From NCBI GenBank assembly GCA_963693055.1, contig OY843751.1:3200001-3264000 (forward strand): DNA of 64,000 nucleotides. Direction: 5' to 3'. This DNA is from a bacterium. Lineage in GTDB: Bacteria; Zhuqueibacterota; Zhuqueibacteria; Residuimicrobiales; Krinioviventaceae. The notes under the pieces are model-generated. The model was given only the letters and a program-made list of their open reading frames with translations. It was not told where the DNA came from and searched no databases. Below are positions 38,186 to 49,200 of this stretch, in pieces; the first letter of the stretch is position 1, and each line of letters begins with the position of its first letter. Made by a program: the position numbers and the translations under genes.

Positions 38186-39541
38186 ATGAAATTTGAAAAA
38201 ATGGCAGGACTGTTTCTTAGTGCACTATTCTTTTTCACATTTGCCTGTGAAAAAGATAAAGAACCCACAAAGCCGGAAATAGTCCAAAAATCCGCTTCAA
38301 TTGCGGTACTTTCCGATCTCCATTATTATGATCCTTCGCTGGGAACATCCAGTGATGCTTTTGAGGAGTATCTCGTTCATGATCGAAAGCTCATAAAAGA
38401 GAGTGAAGCAATAATGGAAGCAGTTGTTGATTTGATATCTGATGAGAATGTAGAGATCGTACTCGTTCCGGGTGACTTGACTAAAGATGGCGTTAAGCAA
38501 TGCCATGAAAATGTTGCACAATATCTGGCAATGCTGGAAAGCGCTGGTAAAAAGGTATATGTTGTTCCGGGCAATCATGATATAGGCAACACTGATTCAT
38601 ACAGCTATCCTGATAACAGTGATCCTGTACTGGAATCTTCAATTACAGCAGATGAGTTCAGTAGTATTTATAATGATTTTGGTTTCTCGGAAGCAATTTA
38701 TAAAGATGCTTCCTCCCTTTCCTATATAGCAGAACCGAAAGAGGGTATTTGGATATTAGGTATTGATGGATGTAATTACAATTCAAAATATCCTGAAATT
38801 TCATGGGTTGGTGGTAAACTAGCCACCGAAACATTAACCTGGATTTCAGAAAAAATGCAATATGCAAAAGAAAACGATATTACCGTTTTCGCTTTAGCGC
38901 ATCATGGTGTTGTTGAGCATTTCCCTGAAATGGATATGTTATTTGCCGACTATTTATTTGTAGACTGGGAAAATGTAGCTGCTCAACTGGCTAATATGGG
39001 TGTAAATCTGGTTTTCACAGGACACCATCATGCAACTGATATAAATAGTTTACCCGTTGATGATACATACATAATTGATATCCAAACGGGCTCAACAGTT
39101 ACCTGGCAGTGTCCCTATCGTTTGGTTAACTATGATGGTGAAAACAACCTGGTTACTATTAACACCAAAGTCATTACCAGCATCAATTATGATCTAGGCG
39201 GACAGGATTTCCAGACTTTTGCCAAAGATTATCTGGATAATGGTATGCAGGATCTTATTGTAACGGAACTGGGCAAAATGGGAATTCCTGCGGGTATAGC
39301 AGGACTCTTGGTACCGAATATTGCTCCCACTCTAATGGCCTATTATCATGGGGATGAACCAAACATGCAGAGTGAATATCAGAATGTTATAACCAGCATC
39401 AATCAGATGACAACCAATTCAAATGAAATGATTGCCGGTTTGGGTTCTATTCTGTTGGGTGTTTGGAATGATACTACGCCGGATAATAATGTTATTATTG
39501 ATTTAAATACAGGAACAATCAGCTACAATTCAGGATCCTAA
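38186..39541 (+). CDS. calcineurin-like metallophosphoesterase lipoprotein
   Basis: FTFAC lipobox; SDLH, PGDLTKDG, PGNHD, HH, GHHH. Confidence 0.9.
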   Translation: MKFEKMAGLFLSALFFFTFACEKDKEPTKPEIVQKSASIAVLSDLHYYDPSLGTSSDAFEEYLVHDRKLIKESEAIMEAVVDLISDENVEIVLVPGDLTKDGVKQCHENVAQYLAMLESAGKKVYVVPGNHDIGNTDSYSYPDNSDPVLESSITADEFSSIYNDFGFSEAIYKDASSLSYIAEPKEGIWILGIDGCNYNSKYPEISWVGGKLATETLTWISEKMQYAKENDITVFALAHHGVVEHFPEMDMLFADYLFVDWENVAAQLANMGVNLVFTGHHHATDINSLPVDDTYIIDIQTGSTVTWQCPYRLVNYDGENNLVTINTKVITSINYDLGGQDFQTFAKDYLDNGMQDLIVTELGKMGIPAGIAGLLVPNIAPTLMAYYHGDEPNMQSEYQNVITSINQMTTNSNEMIAGLGSILLGVWNDTTPDNNVIIDLNTGTISYNSGS

Positions 39542-39549
39542 TCTTATTT

Positions 39550-39586
39550 TCTTTCCTGCCCTTGAACAAATCAAGGACAGGAAAGA
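39550..39586 (+). terminator. stem-loop after the phosphoesterase
   Basis: TCTTTCCTG-CCTTGA/TCAAGG-CAGGAAAGA. Confidence 0.6.
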
Positions 39587-39645
39587 TTTGAACTTTTTCA
39601 TGATAAAAAAGTAAAATTAGAATACGACAAAAAAAGGGGTTTATC

Positions 39646-40692
39646 ATGAAAAATTCAATTTTGTTTGCTTTTCTTATTTTAATATCCTTTTCAAATTGTG
39701 CAGTAAAAGAGTTAAACTCTGCAAAAGTCTATTATGCAATGGAAATGGACGATAATTTATACAATACAGAGGAATACATCAAAATTGATGAAAGTGGATT
39801 TATAAATGCACTTTCGAATCCTCTATCAACATTTGCGGCAGATGTAGATGCAGCTTCATATTCAAATGCCAGACGTTTTTTCATGCAGGACAAAATACCA
39901 TACAAAGATGTGGTACGTAGTGAAGAATTTATAAACTATTTCAATTATGATTATCCAACGCCCAATGATAATTATCCCCTATCCATTTACATGGAATATT
40001 CAGATTGTCCCTGGACTGCCAATAATAAACTGGTACATATTGGTATTCAGGGAAAACATATGCAAAGCGGAAAAAGACCTGCGAGTAATCTGGTTTTCTT
40101 GCTGGATAAATCAGGCTCAATGAAAGATGCCAAGAAATTACCACTTTTGTAAAAATCATTTCATTTATTGGTTGATCAATTAAATGAAAATGATAAAATT
40201 TCAATTGTAACCTATGCCGGCAATGCAGGAATTATTTTGGGACCCACGCCTGGTAGCGACAAAGAAAAAATAATTAAAACCATAAACAGACTTGATGCCT
40301 GAGGTTCTACAGCAGGTGGTAAAGGAATTCAACTGGCTTATGATGTAGCAAAAAAAAATTATATAGAGGGAGGAAACAATCGTGTAATTCTGGGTACTGA
40401 TGGTGATGGAAAACTTGACCGTCATTATGGCTACCCATCTTATATTGGTTCCGGGGAATGGGAGACAAACCATATGGTTGGAGGAGAAAAATCAGAACAT
40501 TGGACCAATTTTACAAAAATAGTAGCTGCACCTGAAGATGCTATAATGGAAGCAGTGTTTTGGTACACAGCTCATGGTGTCGAAATTGGACCTGTTATTT
40601 GGGGAGAATTTGCTACAATACAAAAAGTTGAAAGTGGTTCTTGTGATTATTACATCAGCCCTACCGGACCTGGTTTTGGGAAATGGAATTAA
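39646..40692 (+). pseudogene. YfbK-like vWA lipoprotein pseudogene (two in-frame stops), fused in frame to an unrelated C-terminal fragment
   Basis: STFAADVDAASY, EEFINYF, NLVFLLDKSGSM, then TAA 40150-40152, IVTYAG, TGA 40300-40302, [12 protein letters not shown], then non-vWA sequence. Confidence 0.85.
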
Positions 40693-40700
40693 TGGATTAA

Positions 40701-40727
40701 AAAAACCCCGGCAGTGCCGGGGTTTTT
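40701..40727. terminator. intrinsic terminator (bidirectional-type)
   Basis: AAAAACCCCGGC-AGT-GCCGGGGTTTTT. Confidence 0.85.
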
Positions 40728-40804
40728 CACTTTTGATAAAATTAGGCTTTGAAATTTGCTCTTGTTTCTGTATGTTTAGGATTCAGAAACAGGAGCTTTA
40801 ATTT

Positions 40805-41542
40805 ATGTATCGCAAATTGTTTTACAATATTTGTATCATTCTTGTTATATACAGTTCTATTTTACTTGCTCAAAAACGTTTTGTAGACAATGATCTTTCC
40901 GGGCTTGCATTTGTTTCGCTGGGAACACATAATATAAATCTTGAAGAATTTGATACTGCCCTTGCGTCAAGTTCCCTACCCTATCCCCCGCTTGAAACGT
41001 CCATGTACACATTTGGGGCTGGTGGTGTAATAATTATCAAAGACTGGATCATTTCCGCAGAAGGATCAGGATTACTTGCCAACAGTAAAACTTTTGGAGA
41101 CTATAATTCAAAACTTAGTGGCGGCTATGTTACCCTGAATACTGGCTTTCTTTTAGCTAAAAGCAGATCATTCATGATCTATCCACTTGTAGGTATTGGT
41201 GGTGGATCCATAAATTATAAAATATATCAAGAACCCGATGATATGATTTTTGCAGATGTTCTGGAAAATCCGAGCACAGAAACTTCTTTGAACAATAAAT
41301 CCATATACATGAACCTTGCAATGTCACTACATTATAATATCCACACTTTTCGTGATGACCGGGATAGTGGTAATTTTTTTATTGGTGCTAAAGCCGGTTA
41401 CAAGGCAACTATAAAATCTTTTGATTGGTACATCCAGGGCACAAGTACTAAACTTGCAGAAGGTCCAATTACAGGTCTGGATGGATATTATATAGAATTT
41501 GTTTTTGGCATTGGAGGATTCAATTTCTCTGATGTTGATTGA
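40805..41542 (+). CDS. hypothetical outer-membrane beta-barrel protein
   Basis: Signal peptide and alternating aromatic/Gly beta-strands (YPLVGIGGG, FFIGAKAGY, YIEFVFGIG). Confidence 0.7.
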   Translation: MYRKLFYNICIILVIYSSILLAQKRFVDNDLSGLAFVSLGTHNINLEEFDTALASSSLPYPPLETSMYTFGAGGVIIIKDWIISAEGSGLLANSKTFGDYNSKLSGGYVTLNTGFLLAKSRSFMIYPLVGIGGGSINYKIYQEPDDMIFADVLENPSTETSLNNKSIYMNLAMSLHYNIHTFRDDRDSGNFFIGAKAGYKATIKSFDWYIQGTSTKLAEGPITGLDGYYIEFVFGIGGFNFSDVD

Positions 41543-41640
41543 TTCATACCTTAAGTATTTCCATTCATGATTATATCTATATTCCAGTACTAGAAAATAA
41601 TTTTATCCAACGAGTATAACTGACCAACAGGAAGGTATTA

Positions 41641-42528
41641 ATGAAATTATTATTGCTGGTAAATCCATTAGCAGGTAAAAAACAGGGGCAATCTGTAGCT
41701 GAAACTGCATTGGAGAGATTTAAAAACAGTGGTCTGGATGTCGAGTGTATTTTTTCCGAGAAACCTGCACACCTTATTGATGTTGCACGTGAGCAGGTAA
41801 ACGGAGAATGGGATGGCATTGTCGCCGTTGGTGGTGATGGCACATTGTTCGAAGTTATCAATGGAATGATGCAAGGTAATCCGGACCTCCCCACTCCTCT
41901 GGGTGTTATACCGGTTGGTACCGGCAATTCATTTTCCAAGGACCTAAATATCAATTCTTTGGATGATGCAATTAATAAAATAACAAACGGTCATGTAAGA
42001 AATATTGACTTGGGCAAGATTTTAACCAAAAATGATATATATTATTTTATAAATATTGTAGGGTTTGGATTTGTATCTGACGTGGTCAAACGGGCATCCT
42101 TGTATAAAAAATGGGGAGCTCTCAGTTATATCATTGGTGTTATGCAGGTAACGGCTAAACTGAAATCATATGAAATGGAATTTGAAATTGATGGGCAGCA
42201 ATTTAAACGCGATAATATTTTTGTAGAAATTTGCAATTCCACAAAAACCGGTGGTGATATGATAATGGCCCCTGAAGCCCAAATAGATGACGGATTGCTG
42301 GATGTTGTGATCTTGAATAAATTATCAAAACGAAAACTGCTTGAAACCTTTCCCAAAATATTCAAAGGAACTCACATATATATTCCGGAAATTGAAACCT
42401 TTAAAGCAAAAGAAATGACATTTAAGCCCGCAATTTCTAAAATCCTGACTCCCGATGGGGAAATTGTGGGTAACACTCCTATTTCAGTAACAGTTTTACC
42501 AGGTAAAATCAAGGTATTTGATTCATGA
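41641..42528 (+). CDS. diacylglycerol/lipid kinase family (YegS/DgkB-like)
   Basis: VNPLAG, VGGDGT, PVGTGNSF, DDGLLD, DGE. Confidence 0.93.
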   Translation: MKLLLLVNPLAGKKQGQSVAETALERFKNSGLDVECIFSEKPAHLIDVAREQVNGEWDGIVAVGGDGTLFEVINGMMQGNPDLPTPLGVIPVGTGNSFSKDLNINSLDDAINKITNGHVRNIDLGKILTKNDIYYFINIVGFGFVSDVVKRASLYKKWGALSYIIGVMQVTAKLKSYEMEFEIDGQQFKRDNIFVEICNSTKTGGDMIMAPEAQIDDGLLDVVILNKLSKRKLLETFPKIFKGTHIYIPEIETFKAKEMTFKPAISKILTPDGEIVGNTPISVTVLPGKIKVFDS

Positions 42529-43244
42529 AAAAAATATTTGAAATTCTGATCTCGGCTCTCTCCTGGACCATTGGCATTGTTCTGTTCACACCTTTTGGAT
42601 TATCAATTATTTTAACCAGTTTTGTGATGAATCCCAAATATATTGATGGATATATCAAGGCTGGATGTCGGTTTATCATGTGGATGATGGGTGTTCACAT
42701 ATCAACTGAAGGAAAATCTCTGATTGATAAAAATAAAACATATATTTTTATGGCCAATCATGTCAATCTTTTTGATGGTTTGGTACTTTATGGTCACATT
42801 CCTAATTATGCCAGAGGTGTTGAACTGGACAAACATTTTAGCTGGCCGTTTTGGGGATACCTGATACGCAGAATGGGGATGATCCCCATAAGTCGTACGC
42901 AGGGTAAAAGCGCTTTAGCAAGTCTTGAAAAAGCGAGAAATAGCATAAAACAGGGAACCTCAATCATCATCCTGCCAGAAGGCACACGTACTCTTGATGG
43001 AAACCTGAAACCTTTTAAAAGAGGACCATTTTATCTGGCATTAAAGGCCCAGGCAGATATTATACCTGTTGCCATGCTGGATGCATATCGCATTAAACGC
43101 AAAGGGAGCTGGCTCATCAAACCCGGTAAAATGAAAATAAAATTTGATGCACCAATTCCATTTGAACAAATCAAAAATATGGAAATAGCAGAGGTTCACT
43201 CTCTTGTGAAGGAAAAAATTTCTCAATTAATTGAATCCAGATAA
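42525..43244 (+). CDS. plsC: 1-acyl-sn-glycerol-3-phosphate acyltransferase
   Basis: NHVNLFD (HX4D), PEGTR, PFKRG; 4-nt overlap with the kinase. Confidence 0.88.
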   Translation: MKKIFEILISALSWTIGIVLFTPFGLSIILTSFVMNPKYIDGYIKAGCRFIMWMMGVHISTEGKSLIDKNKTYIFMANHVNLFDGLVLYGHIPNYARGVELDKHFSWPFWGYLIRRMGMIPISRTQGKSALASLEKARNSIKQGTSIIILPEGTRTLDGNLKPFKRGPFYLALKAQADIIPVAMLDAYRIKRKGSWLIKPGKMKIKFDAPIPFEQIKNMEIAEVHSLVKEKISQLIESR

Positions 43245-43277
43245 AAAAAGGCAGTTGAAATAAATCCAACTGCCTTT
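43244..43277. terminator. terminator between convergent operons
   Basis: AAAGGCAGTTG/CAACTGCCTTT with A tract (T tract on minus strand). Confidence 0.75.
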
Positions 43278-43304
43278 CAAGCATGGGTAAAGAAAAATAA
43301 CAAA

Positions 43305-44963
43305 TCATTCAATAACCAGAACATTCTTATCGACATTATCTCCATATTGAACAATTGGCTTTTGGGTTTTAAAACCATCTCCATCTACTTTAATATTTTC
43401 ACTTTTTTCGCCATCAACATGAATTTCAATTTTTTCAGGCATTGGTACTTTAAATTGTGTAAAAGAAATATCCTTGCCCTGCATAATTTCTATTACCGGA
43501 TTTTCTTTAATAGTAAAGGTAGTATTTTCAAATTGAACCTTTTCTACAAAAATACATTTCACGCCTTTTTCAGAGCTCATTTCCATATTGCTAAAACGAA
43601 TATCATGAATAAACAACTCGGGTAATCCTCGTATAAAAACCGATGTTTCAGCATTTATACTGCTAATAGTGTCAAAATCAATATTACGGAATATTGGCGT
43701 ACCTTCATCAACTTTTGGTATATCATCAACTAAACCAATGTTTTCATAAAACAAATCAAACAAGATGGCTTCAAAGAGAACATCAATCATTTGAATATTT
43801 CGAAAATACATATTTTCTACAACGCCGCCCCGGCCTCGTATGCTTTTAAATCTCAAACCAACATCCGTACCAATAAAAGTACAATCGGAAACCCAAACAT
43901 TATTTACACCACCAGACATTTCACTGCCCGTGGTTACCCCACCATGCCCATGATAGACGGTACAGTTGTAGATAATTATATTTTCACTGGCTTTGCCACG
44001 TTCCCGCCCAAACGCATCTCTGCCCGATTTTATGCAAATTGCATCATCACCAACGTCAAAGTTGCAATCATAAATCAATACATTTTTTGTGGATTCCAGA
44101 TCCAGTCCATCGCCATTTTGAGAAAACCAGGGATTGCGTACAGTAATATTGCGAATAATAATATTTTCACACAACAAGGGATGAATATTCCATGCAGCAG
44201 AATTTTGAAAAGTAGGCCCATCTAGAAGAATATTTTTACTATTTACCATTCTTACCATTACTGGTCTTAAAAAATCATGGGCTGGTAGATAATCTTCAAT
44301 CTTGACATTAGGTTTATTCTCAAGAGAACGAATATATTCAGCTCCCTGCATGGCACCTGGTGATGGCCACCAAACATCACCATCATCCTGAACTATTCCA
44401 CCAGATTCTTTTAATGCATTCCATTGCTTATTAGTCATTTTAAATCTTTTAACAGGGCGCCAAGCACCACCAGAACCATCAATAATACCGGAACCGGTAA
44501 TGGCTACATTTTCCGCGTCAACAATATTTATAGGGCTTGTACTACGGACTTGTTCAATGCCTTCAAAGGAACTGTGAACCAGGGGATAATCACTCAAATC
44601 TGTGCTGAATAAAAGCACAGCACCTTTTTCTAAATACAATTCCATATTACTTTTTAAATCGATAGGCCCTGTCAACCAGATTCCTTCCGGAATCAATATC
44701 CTGCCCCCTCCTGCTTTTTCACAATCCTGAATAACCTTTTCAAATACGTTAGTATTCTTTTCCAATCCATTTCCGTGTGCATTGTAATCTACAATATTGA
44801 ATACTTTTTTCGGGATGGAAGGCTCATATATATCTCCCATGTCAAACGGCACAGGACCGGTTTCTTTTAATATCCATTGGGTAAGATTTGCAGTACTTGC
44901 TGAAGAAACCAAAAAAATAGAAATCAATACTGCAAATATTATTCTGATATGTTCTTTGCTCAT
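43305..44963 (-). CDS. glycoside hydrolase family 28 (polygalacturonase)
   Basis: NGDGLD, GDDAICIKSG, GHGG, RFKS; signal peptide, no CTD. Confidence 0.95.
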   Translation of the reverse strand: MSKEHIRIIFAVLISIFLVSSASTANLTQWILKETGPVPFDMGDIYEPSIPKKVFNIVDYNAHGNGLEKNTNVFEKVIQDCEKAGGGRILIPEGIWLTGPIDLKSNMELYLEKGAVLLFSTDLSDYPLVHSSFEGIEQVRSTSPINIVDAENVAITGSGIIDGSGGAWRPVKRFKMTNKQWNALKESGGIVQDDGDVWWPSPGAMQGAEYIRSLENKPNVKIEDYLPAHDFLRPVMVRMVNSKNILLDGPTFQNSAAWNIHPLLCENIIIRNITVRNPWFSQNGDGLDLESTKNVLIYDCNFDVGDDAICIKSGRDAFGRERGKASENIIIYNCTVYHGHGGVTTGSEMSGGVNNVWVSDCTFIGTDVGLRFKSIRGRGGVVENMYFRNIQMIDVLFEAILFDLFYENIGLVDDIPKVDEGTPIFRNIDFDTISSINAETSVFIRGLPELFIHDIRFSNMEMSSEKGVKCIFVEKVQFENTTFTIKENPVIEIMQGKDISFTQFKVPMPEKIEIHVDGEKSENIKVDGDGFKTQKPIVQYGDNVDKNVLVIE

Positions 44964-44970
44964 AAGTTCC

Positions 44971-46131
44971 TCAATATACGTCCCAATCTAAAACATTGTG
45001 TTTAATCGAATTTTCTATCAACCATTGCGGATAATCATTTTTTAATAATGATACAGGCCAGTAACCCAGCCAACCATATTCATTTCTACGTTCACTTGAA
45101 ATTTCGGACAACTCTGTATATATTTTACCATCTCTGTCACTAAAAAACGGACGGTTATCGTTGATATTATAAAATCGGGCCCAAAGTGGAGGTGCATAAT
45201 CATCATGGATCACAATCCGGTTAAATCCTGTTGGGCTTTCAGAGTCAGGTTGTTCAACAATTCGTTTTTGCTCTATCCTGACTTTGTGTAACCAGGCAAT
45301 ACCTGATTGAATAGAAATGATAATTTCTTTTGAAGGATTCTCAACAGACATTAAAAATCGCAAAATACCGACAGTTGCCTTGCCGCTTATGGAAACAAGT
45401 TCATAACTTCTTGCCTGTCTGGGTTCCAGTGATTTTTCATCATATTGAGCGCACCAACCCGTTAATTCCCCTTCAACCTTGATTTGGCATTTTAATATAC
45501 AATTAATTCCTTTTTCTATAGCCCGTTTAGCCCTATTTTTCCTGTATTGGTCAACAAAAGAAAACTGCTCATTATGAATGATTTCATTTAGTAAAAAAAG
45601 AATACCGGTCATTGCATCATCATTAAATGTAATATGCGAATAATACCCTCTTCTTAATGGAAAATATTGCGGCCATCCCCCGTTTTTATATTGAGCTGCT
45701 AAAATATAATCCAAGCCTTTTAAAAAGGCCAAAACATAACGATGATCACCAGTATAACGATAAATTTGGGCAAGAAAAAAAAGCTCTGTACAAGTTGCAC
45801 CATTATCAAAAGTTGCCAGCATTTCATTGGGAAATTCAGCGAATCGATTCATAACCTCACTGCTCAATTCAACTGAATAATCCACATTCTTGGGCCATCC
45901 CCCCGAATCACGTTGATAAACAAGAACCCGTTCTGCAATTTGTTTTGCAGATTCTGAACGAAACCATGCTGTATCATGGTCCATTAAAAATGCCCATAAA
46001 TTCGATTGAACTGTCTTGTCCGCATAAACAAAACCACTTTTATCATTCGTATCATCAGCAAACGAAAAAATTGGGTAAACCAGAGAAATCAGAATAGATA
46101 TTACAATTATTTTATTGATAAAAGAAAACAT
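44971..46131 (-). CDS. pelA: pectate lyase family PL10
   Basis: GGWPKN, TFDNGAT, GGWPQ, HITFNDD, ARSYE, WARFY. Confidence 0.93.
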   Translation of the reverse strand: MFSFINKIIVISILISLVYPIFSFADDTNDKSGFVYADKTVQSNLWAFLMDHDTAWFRSESAKQIAERVLVYQRDSGGWPKNVDYSVELSSEVMNRFAEFPNEMLATFDNGATCTELFFLAQIYRYTGDHRYVLAFLKGLDYILAAQYKNGGWPQYFPLRRGYYSHITFNDDAMTGILFLLNEIIHNEQFSFVDQYRKNRAKRAIEKGINCILKCQIKVEGELTGWCAQYDEKSLEPRQARSYELVSISGKATVGILRFLMSVENPSKEIIISIQSGIAWLHKVRIEQKRIVEQPDSESPTGFNRIVIHDDYAPPLWARFYNINDNRPFFSDRDGKIYTELSEISSERRNEYGWLGYWPVSLLKNDYPQWLIENSIKHNVLDWDVY

Positions 46132-46159
46132 TTAATAACGGGCCTTGTTTAGAGCATTT

Positions 46160-46200
46160 CAAAATTAACACAGGGGCAAAAGCACTTACCTTTGCCCCTG
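46160..46200 (-). terminator. intra-locus stem-loop/terminator
   Basis: CAGGGGCAAA/TTTGCCCCTG 10-bp stem (46171-46200), then TGTTAATTTT. Confidence 0.65.
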
Positions 46201-46205
46201 AAATT

Positions 46206-49200
46206 TTATTTCAACAACATCATTTTATTAACTTTGGTAAAGTTATTTACTTCCATCCTGAAAAAGTAAAGACCGGAGGAATAGTTTGCAGCGTTAAAAG
46301 ATACCTGATATCGACCGGCACCATACTGACGATCAGCAAGAACTGCTACTTGCTGTCCCAGTGTGTTATAGATGGTAATCTTGACACGACCAGATTCAGG
46401 CAACTGGAATGGAATCACGGTAACAGGATTAAATGGATTCGGGTAATTCTGTTTCAGATCATAGGTTTGCGGTACGGTAGATTCAGTATCATATGCAATA
46501 GCGGTATTGATCTTGTCCACATACAATTCTTCAGGAATAGGTTCACCTTCATCCGGGCCATAGGCACCAGACAGATCAAGAATGCACCAATCCAAATATC
46601 CACCAATAGCATCTCCGGATCCATCACCAACTTTGATATAATTATCACTGTTAGATTCACCCGATACACCTACCATAAAAGGTACAGGATTTTCATCGAT
46701 ATAGATTGTTGAAGTATCACCACTTATTGCAACACGGATGGTATGCCATTCATACAGACTGAAATCACCTTGAACTTCAACACTGGATTTTTCCAGTTCC
46801 AGGGTGCTGTCTGCGCCCCAGATACGCAACTCGTCACGAGATCCAACATTGGCGTTACGCCATTGCAGATCAAAGATACGGTCATAGGTAGAATCTGCTT
46901 CACCCTTGATTCTGGCGATCATGGTATAGGCTTTTTCGCCATAGCCTTCCGGAAAATTATAGCGATACATACGGGTACCGTTTGGCTGCAAATATTTAAA
47001 TATCTTGTTGCCTTCAATATCCGGATCATCAATAATCTCTTCAACCATTTCCGCACCTGGTGCATCCTGACTCAGATCAGAAAGATCAAGCGTACAGATA
47101 TTGGTATCAGAATCCGTTGGTAATACACTTGCATCATATACCATCCAACCGGGTTCAATAGGTGCAATATAAGGATCCACATAAATTCCTTCAGGAATTG
47201 CAAGACCATCATTGGCACCATGTGCACCATAAAAATCTACCATAATCCAGTCCAGATAACCACCAATGGCATCACCAGAACCATCACCAATTTTAATATA
47301 GGTATCGCTTGAAGTTTCGGTAGATCGACCGGCAACATAAGGTGTTGAACGTTCATCAACAAAGACTGTTGCGGAATCGCCGCGCACTTCAATACGATAA
47401 GAGTGCCAACTGTACAAATTCAGATCCACTTTAACTTGTACATCCGCTTTTTCAAGCTCAAGAGTACTGTCTGCAGGCCAAATACGTAATTCTTCACGGC
47501 TGTTTGCATTACCATTACGCCATTGAATATCAAATACACGGTCATAAGCTACATGGTTTACACCTTTAAGACGTACAAAAATAGTAAAAGAAGAATCGGT
47601 AAAAGTTTCTGCAAAATTGTGACGATACATTTTGGTACCATCGGGCTGCAGATATTTCAATACTTTATTGCCTTCAATTTCTGCATCGTCAGATATTTGT
47701 TCAATAAAGGTTGTACCTGGAGCATCCTGACTGACATCTGACAGATCCAGGGTATCACCATTACTGGTTGTTTCAGATGGCAAAATACTGGCATCATATA
47801 CCAGCCAATGAGGAATTTCAGGTTCAGGACCTGTATCAACAGTTAAATAACCGGGAACCGGTAATCCTTCACCAGGCGCATACGCACCGGAAACATCCAT
47901 AATAAACCAATCAACATAACCACCAATAGCTTCACCAGAACCATCACCAATTTTCACATACTTGTCTGTACTTGCAGATTCTGAGACACCCGAAAGAACA
48001 GGTTGGTCATTTTCATCCAGATAAATATCAGCCTGGTCTCCATTCACTACAATTCTGAATGTATGCCATTCATAAAAATCAACATCCAGTTTAATGCTGA
48101 TATCTGCTTTTTCAAGCTCAATAGTACTGTCAACAGGAGAAACGCGAAGTTCTTCACGAGTACCTGCATTACCGTTTCTCCATTGAACATCAAAGACGCG
48201 GTCATAGGTTTCCGGATTATTTTCGCCCTTCATACGGATTAACATGGTCAAAGTAGAATCTTCATATGCTTCATCCAAATAATGACGATACATGGTTTTA
48301 CCATCAGGATGCAAATATTTCAACAGTTTATTCTCGGCAATTTCAGGATCATCAACAATTTCCTGGATAAAACCGGCACCGGGAGAATTATCACTTACAC
48401 TTGTCAGATCAAGGGTATCTCCGCCACCATCGGTAAACTCGGGAAGTACACTTGCATCATATACCAACCAGCTGGGTACATTATTTTCCTGACCATCTAC
48501 AAAAAGTGTTTCAGGAATCTCCAGTCCTTCACCAGGAGCAAAAGCACCTGCTTTATCAAAAATAACCCAATCAACGTAACCACCAATAGCGTCACCGGAA
48601 CCATCACCAATCTTGATGTAATTATCACCACTGGTTGAACCGGAAACACCAGAAACTACAGTAATGGGATTTTCATCGATATAGACAGTAGCTTCATCAC
48701 CATTTACAGCAATTCGGTAGGTATGCCATTCGTAAAGGTTCATATCCACTTTAATTTCTACTTCAGCTTTTTCCAATTCAATTGTGCTATCAGCAGGCCA
48801 GATACGTAATTCATCACGGCTGTTGGCATTTCCGTTACGCCACTGTAAATCAAATGCTCTGTCATAAACCGAGCCTGTATCCGCTTTAACACGGGCAATT
48901 AATGTAAATGCAGAATCGGTATAGGTTTCTTGAAAATAATGACGATACATGGTTTTACCATCGGGATGTAGATATTTCAGCAATTTGTTACCAGAGATAT
49001 CAACATCGTCAATAATTTCCTGAATAAAACCGGCACCGGGAGAATTATCGCTCACACTGGTAAGATCAAGTACATCTCCACCAACTCCTGTTTCGGAAGG
49101 TAGAACACTGGCATCATAAATCAGCCATTTTTGTACATCGTCCATTAAACCATCTACAAAATAATCATCAGGGAAAGCAGTTCCCTCACCGGGAGCATAA

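Noticed and set aside
40300-40302. TGA at a conserved Gly position (A-G-GST) suggesting TGA=Gly recoding
   Set aside because: The same gene also has an in-frame TAA, and TGA is a normal stop elsewhere in the window (for example fliN at 9625 and GH28 at 43305); pseudogenisation is simpler
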